A stretch of DNA of 64,000 bases, taken from assembly GCA_963715345.1 (NCBI GenBank), contig CAVQRS010000003.1, positions 1,398 through 65,397 of the forward strand, written 5' to 3'. This DNA comes from an uncultured Gammaproteobacteria bacterium. Lineage in GTDB: Bacteria > Pseudomonadota > Gammaproteobacteria > Pseudomonadales > Halieaceae. This document shows, piece after piece, positions 9,617-20,706 of the stretch (position 1 is the stretch's first letter; each line of letters starts with the position of its first letter). The notes beneath the pieces were generated by a model. The model was given only the letters and a program-made list of their open reading frames with translations. It had not been told where the DNA came from and searched no databases. A program made the translations under genes and the position numbers.

Positions 9617-10874
9617 AGTGCAGCCGCTGGCCGAGCATTTCGGGCGTCACCAGTACCACGCCGCCCCTGGAGACGTGGAAACGGGCGGCATCCTGCTCCG
9701 GGTCGACACCGATACTGGTATCGGGTGGAATCTTGCAACCCTTGTCGATCACTGCTTTTTTGATAACGCAGCGCCTGCCGACATCGACATCCGGGAAAAT
9801 CACCGCGTCCTCGATGTGCGAGTAGGAGTGTACATGGACGTTACTGAACAGCAGGGAGCGGCGCACATAGGAGCCGGAGACAATGCAGCCGCCGGCAACC
9901 ATCGAGTCCACCGCCATGCCCCGGCGACCCTCGTCATTAAACACGAACTTGGCGGGCGGTACCTGGTCCTGGTAGGTCCAGATGGGCCACTCCCGGTCGT
10001 ACAGGTTGAGCTCCGGACTGATGCCGATCAGTTCCATATTTGCTTCCCAATAGGCGTCGATGGTGCCGACATCCCGCCAGTAGGCGTGTTCCTGGCTGCC
10101 CTGCTGGCGAAAGGGAAACGCGGTGACCCGCAGCCGGTCGATCACGTCGGGAATAATGTCACCGCCGAAGTCGTGCTTGGAACCGCTTTCATCGGCGTCG
10201 CGCAACAGTTCGTCGATCAGCACCTCGGTACGAAAAATGTAGATGCCCATGGATGCGAGCGCCACATCATCCCGCCCCGGCATGGGAGTGGGCTGGTCGG
10301 GTTTCTCGGCGAACCGGATGATGCGGTTATCCGCATCCACTTCCATGACACCGAAGGCCCGTGCCTCATTGATTGGCACCTCGATACAGCCGACCGTGAT
10401 GTCCGCCTCGGCTTCCACATGGGCAGCCAGCATGGTGCCGTAATCCATCTTGTAGATATGGTCGCCCGCCAGGATCAGTACGAACTCCGGCTTATGAGTG
10501 CGGATGATATCGATATTCTGGTAGATGGCGTCGGCGGTGCCCTCGTACCAGGAGGTCTCCAGGCGTTGCTGGGCGGGCAGCAGTTCAACGAACTCGCCCA
10601 GTTCACCGCGCATGAAGCCCCAGCCGCGCTGCACATGCTGGATCAGGCTGTGAGCCTTGTACTGGGTGAGGATGCCCACCTTGCGGATGCCGGAATTGAC
10701 GCAGTTGGACAGGGGAAAGTCGATAATCCTGAACTTGCCGCCAAAGGGCACCGCGGGCTTGGCCCGCCACAGGGTGAGCTGGCGCAGCCGGGAGCCGCGG
10801 CCGCCGGCGAGCACCAGGGCCAGGGTATCCTTCGTGAGGCGGCTGACGTATCTTGCTGAATCGGGATCGGTCAT
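9606..10874 (-). CDS. glgC: Glucose-1-phosphate adenylyltransferase
   Basis: [42 protein letters not shown]. 422 aa, the normal GlgC length. Confidence 0.95.
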   Translation of the reverse strand: MTDPDSARYVSRLTKDTLALVLAGGRGSRLRQLTLWRAKPAVPFGGKFRIIDFPLSNCVNSGIRKVGILTQYKAHSLIQHVQRGWGFMRGELGEFVELLPAQQRLETSWYEGTADAIYQNIDIIRTHKPEFVLILAGDHIYKMDYGTMLAAHVEAEADITVGCIEVPINEARAFGVMEVDADNRIIRFAEKPDQPTPMPGRDDVALASMGIYIFRTEVLIDELLRDADESGSKHDFGGDIIPDVIDRLRVTAFPFRQQGSQEHAYWRDVGTIDAYWEANMELIGISPELNLYDREWPIWTYQDQVPPAKFVFNDEGRRGMAVDSMVAGGCIVSGSYVRRSLLFSNVHVHSYSHIEDAVIFPDVDVGRRCVIKKAVIDKGCKIPPDTSIGVDPEQDAARFHVSRGGVVLVTPEMLGQRLHYAR

Positions 10875-10997
10875 AGTGGATTCATTGATCTGTGAACTGG
10901 TGAGCCTAAAGGTATTGCATTAACATCGGGTTACATTGTGGACAATAACCGGAAGAAAGTCCTCATTTCCCGCTTGATATAAATCATTGGATATTTG

Positions 10998-13190
10998 ATG
11001 AGAACGGTTTCGATTCAAGAGCCTGTCAGTGACGCCGTCAGACGGGTGCTGGACGGGCGACACCGCGACCCCTTCGAGGTCCTGGGTTGCCACCGCGAGG
11101 GCACCGGCTGGCAGATACGGGCCCTGTTGCCTGGTGCCGCCGAGGCCGAGTTGGTGTGGGGTGACAGCCGGCTGCCGATGCAGCGTCTGCCGGATACCGA
11201 TCTCTTTACCTGCGGCGTGACCTCGGCTGCCATGCCCGGCTACCAGTTGCGCTGGCGCACGGCCGGGGGCGACTGGCAGCAGGGGGAGGATCCCTACCGC
11301 TTTGGCCCCACTATCGGCGATCTCGACCTGCACCTGTTCGGCGAGGGCCGGCATCATCATATCTACCGGGTACTCGGCGCCCACTGCTGTGAGCACGAGG
11401 GTGTGCCTGGCGTACGCTTTGCCACCTGGGCGCCGAATGCGCGGCGGGTCAGCGTGGTGGGTGATTTCAACCAGTGGCACGGCTTGCGGCACGCCATGCG
11501 CTCCCGGGGGCAGAGCGGTGTCTGGGAGCTGTTTGTCCCGGGTCTGGCGGCGGGTGAAAAGTACAAATTCGAGATTTGCGACAGCCGGGGCAGGTTGCAG
11601 CTCAAGGCCGATCCCTACGGCAACCACTTCGAAATGCGACCGGCCACCGCGGCCATCATCTGCCCGCCCACCGACTTCACCTGGAGCGACCAGCAGTGGC
11701 TGGCGGAGCGCGCCCGCTGGGACTGGCAGCATGCGCCTATCTCGATCTACGAGTTCCACCCCAGTTCATGGCGGCGGGGGCCCGACGGCGGTTTCCTGAA
11801 TTTCCGGGATATGGCGCCAATGCTGGCAGACTATGTGGCCGGGCTGGGTTTCACGCACGTGGAGTTACTGCCAATCACCGAACACCCGCTGGATGATTCC
11901 TGGGGTTACCAGACCACGGGCTATTTCGCGCCTTCCCAGCGCTTTGGCAGTCCGGACGACTTCCGCTTCTTTGTCGATCACCTCCACAGCCGCGGCATCG
12001 GGGTCATCCTGGACTGGGTGCCAGCGCACTTCCCCAGGGATGCCCACGCCCTGGCCCGGTTCGACGGCACCGCCCTTTACGAGCACGAGGATCCGCGCCG
12101 GGGCGAGCACACCGACTGGGGCACGCTCATTTTCAATTACGGCCGCAATGAGGTCAGGAACTTCCTGCTGGCCAGCGCCAACTACTGGCTGGAGGAGTTT
12201 CACCTGGATGGACTGCGGGTGGATGCGGTGGCCTCCATGCTCTACCTCGATTACTCCCGCAAGCCAGGGGAGTGGGAGCCCAACCGCTATGGCGGGCGGG
12301 AGAACCTCGAGGCTATCGATTTCCTGCGGGAACTCAACGCACTCACCCACGGGGAGCACCCGGGAACGCTGACTATCGCCGAAGAATCCACTGCCTGGCC
12401 CCAGGTGACCCGGCCGACCTGGGTGGGCGGGCTCGGGTTTTCGATGAAGTGGAACATGGGCTGGATGCACGACACCCTCAGCTATATGTCCCACGAGCCG
12501 ATCTACCGTCAGTATCACCACGACCAGCTCACCTTCGGCCTGATGTACGCCTTTTCCGAGAACTTCCTGCTGCCCTTCTCCCACGACGAGGTCGTGCACG
12601 GCAAATATTCCTTACTGGGCAAGATGCCCGGGGACGAATGGCAGCGTTTCGCCAACCTGCGCCTGCTGTACACCTACCTGTTCACCTATCCAGGTGCCAA
12701 GCTGCTGTTCATGGGCTGTGAACTGGGGGAGCCGGGGGAGTGGCGGCACCAGGGCCAACTGTCCTGGGATTTGCTGGAACAGCCGCCGCACCGGGGCCTG
12801 CAGCAGCTGGTAGGCGATCTCAACCGGCTTTATCGCGAGGAGCCCAGCCTCCACCGCAACGGCTTCGAGGCCTCCGGTTTCGAGTGGATCGACTGCCATG
12901 ATTCGACCCAGTCAGTGCTGAGTTACCTGCGCTGGGACGGTTCCGATTTTCATGTGGTGGTGCTCAATTTCACCCCCGTCGTGCGCACCGATTACCGCAT
13001 CGGGGTGCCCCGCGAGGGCCGCTACCGCGAGGTGTTCAACTCAGATTCCCGTTTTTACGGCGGCAGCGACGTGGGCAACGGGCTCGATGTCGCCAGCCAG
13101 AGCGTATTCTGGATGGGGCGTCGCGACTCCATCAGCCTTACCCTGCCACCCCTGGGGGCATTGGTACTGAAATTGTCCGGAGCTCAGTGA
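10998..13190 (+). CDS. glgB: 1,4-alpha-glucan branching enzyme (GH13)
   Basis: [49 protein letters not shown] and [14 protein letters not shown] blocks. I preferred the ATG at 10998 to the TTG at 10995. Confidence 0.95.
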   Translation: MRTVSIQEPVSDAVRRVLDGRHRDPFEVLGCHREGTGWQIRALLPGAAEAELVWGDSRLPMQRLPDTDLFTCGVTSAAMPGYQLRWRTAGGDWQQGEDPYRFGPTIGDLDLHLFGEGRHHHIYRVLGAHCCEHEGVPGVRFATWAPNARRVSVVGDFNQWHGLRHAMRSRGQSGVWELFVPGLAAGEKYKFEICDSRGRLQLKADPYGNHFEMRPATAAIICPPTDFTWSDQQWLAERARWDWQHAPISIYEFHPSSWRRGPDGGFLNFRDMAPMLADYVAGLGFTHVELLPITEHPLDDSWGYQTTGYFAPSQRFGSPDDFRFFVDHLHSRGIGVILDWVPAHFPRDAHALARFDGTALYEHEDPRRGEHTDWGTLIFNYGRNEVRNFLLASANYWLEEFHLDGLRVDAVASMLYLDYSRKPGEWEPNRYGGRENLEAIDFLRELNALTHGEHPGTLTIAEESTAWPQVTRPTWVGGLGFSMKWNMGWMHDTLSYMSHEPIYRQYHHDQLTFGLMYAFSENFLLPFSHDEVVHGKYSLLGKMPGDEWQRFANLRLLYTYLFTYPGAKLLFMGCELGEPGEWRHQGQLSWDLLEQPPHRGLQQLVGDLNRLYREEPSLHRNGFEASGFEWIDCHDSTQSVLSYLRWDGSDFHVVVLNFTPVVRTDYRIGVPREGRYREVFNSDSRFYGGSDVGNGLDVASQSVFWMGRRDSISLTLPPLGALVLKLSGAQ

Positions 13191-14636
13191 ATGAGGCGCC
13201 TGTTATTTGTCGCCAGCGAGGCCTATCCCCTGATCAAGACCGGCGGCCTGGCGGACGTCGCCGGCAGCCTGCCGGAGGTGTTGCGACAGCAGGGGATGGA
13301 TGTGCGCCTGCTGTTGCCAGCCTACCAGCACGTGCTGGAATCGATTGCACCGCCCGGCCATGTGGCGGATCTGGAGGTAGACGGTGCGCCCCTGCGAATC
13401 CTGGGCACCCGCCTGCCCGGCACGGAAGTGGAAACCTGGCTGCTCGAGCATCCCCTGTTTTCACAGCGTCCCGGAAATCCCTACCACGACTCCCATGGCG
13501 CACCCTGGCCCGACAACGCCGACCGCTTCATGTTGCTGTGCAGGGTCGCCACCGCCATCGCGACCGGGCAGGCGGGGCTGGACTGGCAGCCGGATGTGCT
13601 GCACTGCAACGACTGGCATACCGGCCCGGCGATCGCCCTGACCCATCTCAGTGAGCGGCGGCCACGCACAGTGTTTACCATACACAGCCTGGCTCACATG
13701 GGCCTGTTCAACCGGGCGACGTTCGAGCGCCTGCGCCTGCCGGAACACTTCTGGACCGACAGCGCGCTGGAATTCTACGGCCAGTGCAGTTTCATCAAGG
13801 GCGGACTCGTCTACGCCGATTACATCACCACGGTCAGTCCCACCTACGCCATGGAAATCTGTGAATCCCCCGGCGGGATGGGGCTGGAGGGCCTGCTGAG
13901 CCAGCGCCGGGAGCGATTGGTGGGTATTCTCAACGGGATCGACAGCCAGGTCTGGAACCCCGCCACCGACCCCTACCTCGAGCAGGCGTACAGTCCCGCA
14001 ACCCTGGCAGGCAAGGTGCGTAACAAGGCCGCACTACAGGCGCAGCTGGGCCTTGCCCCGCTCGATGACCGGCCCATGGTTGGCCTGGTGGGGCGCCTGG
14101 TGGAGCAAAAGGGGCTGGAACTGATCCTGCCGGTGCTGGCGGAAATCCTGGCCTGCCCCGCACAGCTGGTTATCCTGGGTACCGGCGAACCCCGTTACGA
14201 GCAGCAGTTGAGCGCGGCCGCCGCGGCTGATCCCGAAGCGATGGCGGTAGTGCTGGCCTACGATGAAGCCCTGGCTCACCGGGTCGAAGCCGCGGCGGAC
14301 ATATTCCTGATGCCCTCCCTGTTTGAGCCCTGCGGACTCAACCAGCTCTACAGCCTGCGCTATGGCACCCTGCCCCTGGTACGGGCGGTCGGCGGGCTGG
14401 CAGATACGGTGGTCGACAGCAACCCGCAGACCCTGGCCCAGGGCAGCGCCACGGGTTTTGTCTTCCGGCAACCGGAGCCGGCCGAATTGCTTGCTGCCAT
14501 GCGGCGCGCCTGTGAGCTATGGTATGACAGGAAAAGCTGGCGCGAGGTGCAACTCAACGCCATGAGCCAGGACTTTTCCTGGCAACAAAGTGCCAACCGT
14601 TACCTGCAGTTGTATAACACTGCCATTGAAGTCTGA
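13191..14636 (+). CDS. glgA: Glycogen synthase (ADP-glucose type)
   Basis: N-terminal LFVASEAYPLIKTGGLADVAGSLP motif. The ATG directly follows the glgB stop. Confidence 0.95.
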   Translation: MRRLLFVASEAYPLIKTGGLADVAGSLPEVLRQQGMDVRLLLPAYQHVLESIAPPGHVADLEVDGAPLRILGTRLPGTEVETWLLEHPLFSQRPGNPYHDSHGAPWPDNADRFMLLCRVATAIATGQAGLDWQPDVLHCNDWHTGPAIALTHLSERRPRTVFTIHSLAHMGLFNRATFERLRLPEHFWTDSALEFYGQCSFIKGGLVYADYITTVSPTYAMEICESPGGMGLEGLLSQRRERLVGILNGIDSQVWNPATDPYLEQAYSPATLAGKVRNKAALQAQLGLAPLDDRPMVGLVGRLVEQKGLELILPVLAEILACPAQLVILGTGEPRYEQQLSAAAAADPEAMAVVLAYDEALAHRVEAAADIFLMPSLFEPCGLNQLYSLRYGTLPLVRAVGGLADTVVDSNPQTLAQGSATGFVFRQPEPAELLAAMRRACELWYDRKSWREVQLNAMSQDFSWQQSANRYLQLYNTAIEV

Positions 14637-14649
14637 GGTTATAAAAGTC

Positions 14650-17196
14650 ATGCCTGGTTCCCAGTTTCCCCTCGAAATCCAGCCCCGTGTCCCCGCCGAG
14701 CTCTCTCGCCTGCAGGAGATGGCCAACGACCTCATGTACAGCTGGGATCGATCCATCCGCTCGCTGTTCCACCGCCTCGACCGGCGGGTCTGGGACAGCT
14801 GTGACCACAACCCGAAGGCGTTCCTGCGCCGGGTCTCCCAGCAGCGCCTCGAGGCAGCCCTGGAGGATCGCTCCTACATGGAGGACTATCGCCGGGTAGT
14901 TTCAGCCTACGATGCCTACCGCGAGCACCGCGGCCGGCCCGAATTGACCGCGCTGTTCGATCCCGACGAGGACCTGATCGCTTACTTCTGCCTTGAATTC
15001 GGCTTTCATGAAAGTTTTCCGATTTATTCCGGGGGCCTGGGGATACTCGCCGGTGATCACTGCAAGGCCGCCAGTGACGTGGGACTGCCTTTCGTCGCCA
15101 TCGGCCTGCTGTACCAGGCGGGTTATTTCACCCAGACCATCGACGGTCACGGCCACCAGCAGGTCAGTCACACCCGCTCCCAGCCCCACGATCTGCCGGT
15201 GGTGCCGACCCTGACCGAGAGCGGCCAGCACCTCACCCTGGACCTCGAGTTCCCCGGGCGTATTCTCAAGGTGCGGGTCTGGACCGCCCGCGCGGGGCAT
15301 ATCACCCTGTACCTGCTCGATACCAACCTGCCGGAGAACACGCCGCAGGACCGGATGATCACCAACCAGCTCTATGGCGGTGACCGGGAAATGCGCCTGC
15401 AGCAGGAGCTGGTGCTGGGGGTGGGCGGGGTGCGCGCCCTGCGTGCCCTGGGCCTGCGCGCGACGGTGTGGCATATCAACGAGGGCCATGCGGCCTTCCA
15501 GTTGCTGGAGCGCTGTGCCTTCCGTATGCGAGAGGGCCTGGATGTCTACAGCGCCATGGAGCTGGTGGCGGCCGGCACCGTCTTTACCACTCACACCCCG
15601 GTGCCCGCGGGGCATGATATTTTTGACCGGCACCTGATAGAAAAGTACCTTGGCCCGGCGGTCCGCGACCTGGGGCTGGAATTCGACCAGGTCTACCAGT
15701 TGGGGCTCAATTCCGGGGGCGGGTTTAACATGACCTGCCTGGCCCTGCGCTGTACCCGCTTTCACAACGGTGTCAGTCGCATCCACGGCCTGGTCGCATC
15801 GGAAATGGAAGCGGAGCTGTGGCCGCAGATCCCCTACCGGGAAAACCCCATCACTCATATCACCAACGGCGTGCACCTCCAGACTTTCCTGGCCCGGGAG
15901 TGGGTCAGCCTGTTCGATCTGCGCTTCGATGACTGGCGCAATGAACTGTTGAACGAGGAGTACTGGGAGCGGCTGGAGGAGATCCCTGATTTCCATTACT
16001 GGAGCGTCCACAAGTCACTCAAGCAGCAGTTGCTCGAGACAGTGCACGAAGGTGTGCTGGTACAGCAGCGTCGCAACGGCACCAGCGATGCCGTCATTCA
16101 CCGCATGGTGCGCCATGTGGACGGTTCCCGCGACGACGTTCTGGTGATGGGTTTTGCCCGCCGCTTTGCGACCTACAAGCGCGCCGCGATGCTCTTTGCC
16201 GATCCGGCCCGCCTGGCGCGTCTGCTGGGTGATCCTGACCGCCCGGTGGTCATAATCTTCGCCGGCAAGGCGCATCCCCACGACGAGCCCGGCCAGCAGC
16301 TGATCAAGCTGATTCACGATTTTTCGGTGCACCCGGATTTCATCGGCAAGGTCCTGCTGCTGGAGGGGTATGACATGGCCCTGGCGCGGCAGATGGTTTC
16401 CGGTGTCGATGTCTGGCTGAATACGCCCGAATACCCGCTCGAAGCCAGCGGTACCTCGGGGCAGAAAGCGGGCCTTAACGGCGCGGTCAATCTCAGTGTG
16501 CTGGACGGTTGGTGGGGCGAGGGCTATAACGGCCACAACGGCTGGGGTATCACCCCCAGGGACTCGCGCTTCGATCACGACCAGCGCAACCTCGAGGAGG
16601 CCAATGACCTGCTCGATATCATCGAGCACGAGGTGTTACCGACCTACTTCAGGCGCAATGGCGGCGGCTATTCCGAGGATTGGGTGAGCCTGTCCAAGGC
16701 CTCGATGAAGTCCATCATCCCCCGCTTCAATTCCCAGCGAATGCTGCGGGATTACGTCACCAAGCTGTACTGGCCCGCGCGCCAGCAGCGCCGCAAGATG
16801 GAGGCCAATGGCGCCGAGGTCGCCCGCAGCCTGTCGGACTGGAAACACCGGGTGCGATCGGCCTGGCCCGGCGTGAGCATGGAGCTGATGTTTCAGCCCC
16901 CCGCCCACCTGTTCCACGACGACAAGATCAGCCTGCGGGTGCGAGCCGCGTTGAACGGTTTGCAGGCCGGGGATGTCAGGCTGGAATGCCTGCTGGGTAC
17001 GAACGGCGCTGACGGTGAGTTCGTGGTAGCCCAGAAAGTGGAGCTGGAGGCCACCGGCGCAGACGAGCACTATACGAACTTCACGATCGACATGATCCCC
17101 GCTATCGCGGGCATGCAGTATTACAAGCTTCGTATGTATCCCTACAATGAAGCCCTCAGTCACCCCTTTGAAATGGGCTTTATGATCTGGATCTGA
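14650..17196 (+). CDS. glgP: Alpha-glucan phosphorylase (GT35, GlgP family)
   Basis: IAYFCLEFGFHESFPIYSGGLGILAGDHCKAASD and EASGTSGQKAGLNGAVNLSVLDGWW (pyridoxal-phosphate Lys region). I chose the ATG at 14650 (MPGSQFPLE). The listed ORF starts at 14590, inside glgA. Confidence 0.9.
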   Translation: MPGSQFPLEIQPRVPAELSRLQEMANDLMYSWDRSIRSLFHRLDRRVWDSCDHNPKAFLRRVSQQRLEAALEDRSYMEDYRRVVSAYDAYREHRGRPELTALFDPDEDLIAYFCLEFGFHESFPIYSGGLGILAGDHCKAASDVGLPFVAIGLLYQAGYFTQTIDGHGHQQVSHTRSQPHDLPVVPTLTESGQHLTLDLEFPGRILKVRVWTARAGHITLYLLDTNLPENTPQDRMITNQLYGGDREMRLQQELVLGVGGVRALRALGLRATVWHINEGHAAFQLLERCAFRMREGLDVYSAMELVAAGTVFTTHTPVPAGHDIFDRHLIEKYLGPAVRDLGLEFDQVYQLGLNSGGGFNMTCLALRCTRFHNGVSRIHGLVASEMEAELWPQIPYRENPITHITNGVHLQTFLAREWVSLFDLRFDDWRNELLNEEYWERLEEIPDFHYWSVHKSLKQQLLETVHEGVLVQQRRNGTSDAVIHRMVRHVDGSRDDVLVMGFARRFATYKRAAMLFADPARLARLLGDPDRPVVIIFAGKAHPHDEPGQQLIKLIHDFSVHPDFIGKVLLLEGYDMALARQMVSGVDVWLNTPEYPLEASGTSGQKAGLNGAVNLSVLDGWWGEGYNGHNGWGITPRDSRFDHDQRNLEEANDLLDIIEHEVLPTYFRRNGGGYSEDWVSLSKASMKSIIPRFNSQRMLRDYVTKLYWPARQQRRKMEANGAEVARSLSDWKHRVRSAWPGVSMELMFQPPAHLFHDDKISLRVRAALNGLQAGDVRLECLLGTNGADGEFVVAQKVELEATGADEHYTNFTIDMIPAIAGMQYYKLRMYPYNEALSHPFEMGFMIWI

Positions 17197-17303
17197 TTGT
17201 TCTGGATCAATAGCGGCTGGCGCCGGTCAGGTTAGGCTGTTGCGCATTCACGTAGTGCAGGGCGCGGGCACGGCTGTGCCGCGGAACGTTCGCGTTCGAC
17301 CGG

Positions 17304-18602
17304 GTGAATAGAATAACAGGACTGGGTTTGGTGAGCAGGCCGAAACGAATCGTGTGGCTTCTTCTGGCTGCGGCGCTGGTGCCGGGGGTGGCCATGGCCA
17401 GCGGTGTGAGCGAGACCTTCACTCAAACCAGCCTGCTGTTGATCCTGATGATCACCCTCGCGGATATCTGCGGCTTCCTGTTCGAGCGCCTTGGCATGGC
17501 CGAAATACTCGGCGAGATCTACGCGGGGATCATGCTGGGCAACCTCGCCCTGGTGGGCATCGATTTCGACCTGAGTGACTTGCTGCGCAACAGCGAGTTC
17601 ATGGTCTATTCCTCCGAGCTCGCCCTGGTGCTGCTGCTTTTTATCGTCGGTCTGGAGTCGAATATACGCGACCTGCTCAGGGTGGGCCGCAATGCCCTGG
17701 CAGTGGCGCTCAGTGGTGTGATCCTGCCGGTGCTTTTTGGGCTGGGTGCCGGTGTGGTGCTGGGCTACGGTATGGGCCTGCAGGGCTGGTTTGTCGGGGC
17801 CATGCTGGCGGCCACCTCGGTGGGTATAACCGCCAAGCTGCTGGGTGACAACGGCCTGGTCAACACCCGCTCGGCCCGGGTCATTCTCGCCGCGGCGGTG
17901 ATAGACGATGTCCTGGGTATTCTGCTGCTGGCAGTACTGGCCAGTGTGGTGGTCACTGGCCAGGTATCGACGCCGGAACTGGTATGGATTGTGGCCAAGG
18001 CACTGCTGTTTTTCATCGGTGCACTGCTGGTGGGGCAGCGGCTGATGCCCGGCGTGGTTCGTATTATTTCGCTGAACGAACATTCCAGTGTGTGGACGGG
18101 CTTTGCGCTCTGTCTGGCGCTGGGCTTTGCCCAACTGGCGCATTTTGCCGGACTGGCGCCGCTGATTGGCGCCTTTATTGCCGGGCTGTTGCTGGATGAC
18201 GTGGACTTCCAGGTCGGCCATGCCCTGCAAAAACATCGGCTGGAGGAACTGGTAAAGCCTATCAGTGACATCATGCTCACTATTTTCTTTGTCAGTATTG
18301 GCGCGCAGGTACAACTGCAGTCCCTGGCGGACCCGAAAATACTGCTGATCATTGGCAGTCTCACCGTGATAGCGATAGCGTCCAAGGGGCTCGCCGGTTA
18401 CGCGGTCCAGGGTCGCGGCTTTGATCGCCGGGGTATAGGCTACGGCATGATCCCGCGAGGGGAGGTCGGGCTGGTCTTCGCCGCTTTTGCTTTCAGCCAC
18501 CACGTATTCAGCGCCGATATGTATTCGGCCCTGGTGGTGGTGGTGCTGCTGACCACCCTGGTGGGTCCGATACTGCTCAAGCCGCGGTTGGCACATTTCT
18601 AG
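17304..18602 (+). CDS. Cation:proton antiporter (CPA1/CPA2 Na+/H+-exchanger fold)
   Basis: Polytopic membrane protein of 432 aa with MAEILGEIYAGIMLGN and IPRGEVGLVFA blocks typical of Kef/Nha-type exchangers. GTG start. Confidence 0.8.
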   Translation: MNRITGLGLVSRPKRIVWLLLAAALVPGVAMASGVSETFTQTSLLLILMITLADICGFLFERLGMAEILGEIYAGIMLGNLALVGIDFDLSDLLRNSEFMVYSSELALVLLLFIVGLESNIRDLLRVGRNALAVALSGVILPVLFGLGAGVVLGYGMGLQGWFVGAMLAATSVGITAKLLGDNGLVNTRSARVILAAAVIDDVLGILLLAVLASVVVTGQVSTPELVWIVAKALLFFIGALLVGQRLMPGVVRIISLNEHSSVWTGFALCLALGFAQLAHFAGLAPLIGAFIAGLLLDDVDFQVGHALQKHRLEELVKPISDIMLTIFFVSIGAQVQLQSLADPKILLIIGSLTVIAIASKGLAGYAVQGRGFDRRGIGYGMIPRGEVGLVFAAFAFSHHVFSADMYSALVVVVLLTTLVGPILLKPRLAHF

Positions 18603-18698
18603 AGCCGCCAAATTGCCGGGGATCAGGCCGCATCCGACATCCCGGTGATTGCGGGTCTGCCCCCACGAGCGGGCGCCGGGGGGCACAGCTTCCGGATC

Positions 18699-20039
18699 TC
18701 AGGCGAAATGTCGCAGGTATAAATAGACGCTGGAGATTACCGTGGAAATCAACAACACGGGAATGCCCAGCAGCATGAAGCGGGTAAAGCTGATCGCATT
18801 GCCTGACCTCTCGGCAAAACCGGCCACGATAATATTGGCGGTAGCGCCCACCAGTGTGCCATTACCCCCCAGACAGGCCCCCAGTGACAGCGCCCACCAG
18901 ACCGGGGTCATTTCCTGTGCCCCGCCCAGTTGGTCGGCGGTACTTTGCAGTACAGGGATCATGGTTGCCACGAAAGGAACATTGTCGACGAACGCCGAGG
19001 CAATCGCCGCCAGCCATAGCGTGGCAAAAGTAGTCACCTGTAAATCCCCGCCGGTAAGCTCGATCAGTTCCCGCCCTATCAGCGTGAGCACGCCGGTGGC
19101 CCTCAGGCCGTGCACCATCATGAACAGGCACATGAAGAAAATGATCGTTCCCCACTCCAGTTCCGACAGGATTTCCTGCACCCTGGCGGACTGCTCCTTG
19201 CCGGATCGGCCAATGGTGAAAATAAGCATCAGCAAACCAGCGCCAGCAAGGGCGACGCTGCCGGACTGCAGGCCGATATGCTCACCCAGGATGAATCCGG
19301 TAATGACCAGGGCCATCACCACCATGCACTGGCGCAGTAAACGGCGGTCCGTAATAGTGTCTTTTTCGTGGAACTCCATGACCCGGGCGCGCGCTTCGGG
19401 AGTGCTTTCGAGCTTGCGTGCCCAGAGCAGGTAAAGCAGCAGCAGCACGGCCAAGTGGATAACGATGACCACCGGTCCCAGTGCGATGATAAAGTCGGCA
19501 AAGCTCAATCCCACCGCGGAGCCGATCATGATATTTGGCGGGTCTCCTATCAGGGTTGCCGTGCCCCCGATATTCGAGGCGAAAATCTCCGCGAACAGGA
19601 ACGGGTAAGCGCTCAGTTCGAGTTTCTCGACGATAAGCAGCGTGACCGGTACGATCAACAGCACGGTGGTGACGTTATCGAAAAATGCGGAAAATACCGC
19701 AGTCACCGTTGCCAGCGTGATCAAAATACCCCTTGGGTCGGCCTTCGCCTTTTTTACCACCCACACCGCGACGAACTGAAAAATACCTGTGCGCTGCGTG
19801 ATCCCCACCAGGATCATCATGCCGGTAAGCAGGGATATGGTATTGAAGTCCACGCCATCGAAAGCGTCGTCCTGGGTGATGATGCCGCTCAGGATCATCA
19901 ACCCCGCGCCGAACATGACCGCCACAGTCCGATGGACGCGTTCGCTGATCAACAGCGCATAGGTGAGGAGAAAAATACCGGTGGCGAGCCACCTGGGATC
20001 GAGGCCCAGCAGCAATGCGGGAGGGACGTCTTCCATCAT
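18699..20039 (-). CDS. ArsB/NhaD-superfamily (SLC13-like) ion permease
   Basis: 446-aa polytopic protein. FFDNVTTVLLIVPV and AFVDNVPFVATMIPV repeats are typical of the ArsB/NhaD permease fold. Confidence 0.8.
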   Translation of the reverse strand: MMEDVPPALLLGLDPRWLATGIFLLTYALLISERVHRTVAVMFGAGLMILSGIITQDDAFDGVDFNTISLLTGMMILVGITQRTGIFQFVAVWVVKKAKADPRGILITLATVTAVFSAFFDNVTTVLLIVPVTLLIVEKLELSAYPFLFAEIFASNIGGTATLIGDPPNIMIGSAVGLSFADFIIALGPVVIVIHLAVLLLLYLLWARKLESTPEARARVMEFHEKDTITDRRLLRQCMVVMALVITGFILGEHIGLQSGSVALAGAGLLMLIFTIGRSGKEQSARVQEILSELEWGTIIFFMCLFMMVHGLRATGVLTLIGRELIELTGGDLQVTTFATLWLAAIASAFVDNVPFVATMIPVLQSTADQLGGAQEMTPVWWALSLGACLGGNGTLVGATANIIVAGFAERSGNAISFTRFMLLGIPVLLISTVISSVYLYLRHFA

Positions 20040-20509
20040 TCGAGTTTTTCTACGGCGCGCAGCACGGTAATCAGCGATATTCCGCCTACCAGCCGGCGGT
20101 CGTCGCGATTGACTACCGGTATGCGGATGTATTTGTGAAAGAGCAGGGTCAGAGCATCGATCAGGGGCGAGTCCGGGTACACCACGGTAATATCAGTCGC
20201 GATATAGGGCGCGATGGGCTTGCTCTTCACTGCATCCAGCCGCTGTTTGATGTCCCCCAGGTTTTCGCGCATGAAACTGGTGTATTTCAGGCCCTGCTCC
20301 ATGCTCAGGCTGACCGGCAGTAGCAGACCCGTCAGGCGCTTGGCACTGATCTCACCGACGAATACCTCATCCCTGTCGACCACCGGCACGTTGTACATGT
20401 GGTGGTCGATCAGCAATTCGATCGCTTCATGCACGGTATTGTCCAGGTAGAGGTGGGTTGGCGGGCTATGCATGATGGCGCTGCATTGCACGTGGTCGAT
20501 AACTGCCAT
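20036..20509 (-). CDS. CBS-domain pair protein, translationally coupled to the permease
   Basis: HEAIELLIDHHMYNVPVVDRDEVFVGEIS and DALTLLFHKYIRIPVVNRDDRRLVGGISL are two CBS repeats. I chose the start at 20509 (MAVIDHV). The stop overlaps the permease start (ATGA). Confidence 0.7.
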   Translation of the reverse strand: MAVIDHVQCSAIMHSPPTHLYLDNTVHEAIELLIDHHMYNVPVVDRDEVFVGEISAKRLTGLLLPVSLSMEQGLKYTSFMRENLGDIKQRLDAVKSKPIAPYIATDITVVYPDSPLIDALTLLFHKYIRIPVVNRDDRRLVGGISLITVLRAVEKLE

Positions 20510-20706
20510 GGCCGCTACTCCCCGAAGATCCAGAGAGCGGCAGGTTAGTCCTTCCCGGGCCCGCGGACAATGGGAAAACCCGCGGAAGCCCGGCGTGACG
20601 ACCCGAATCTGGCGTTTTATTGATCCACGCCGGGTTTCGAGGCGGTTTAACTGCTGCACCGCCTGTGGCTTAAATTTGCGCATCAACTGGCCTATACTGC
20701 GTCGGT

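Noticed and set aside
17232-18686. 484-aa minus-strand ORF covering the whole antiporter gene. Similar long antisense ORFs lie at 27277..28821, 60796..62268, 59555..60814, 22752..24074, 14902..16011, 58176..59471 and 10920..11759.
   Set aside because: All lie exactly opposite genes with unmistakable family signatures. They are rich in Arg/Gly/His/Gln/Pro with no recognisable motifs and have no plausible ribosome-binding sites. This is the expected stop-codon-poor antisense frame of GC-rich DNA.
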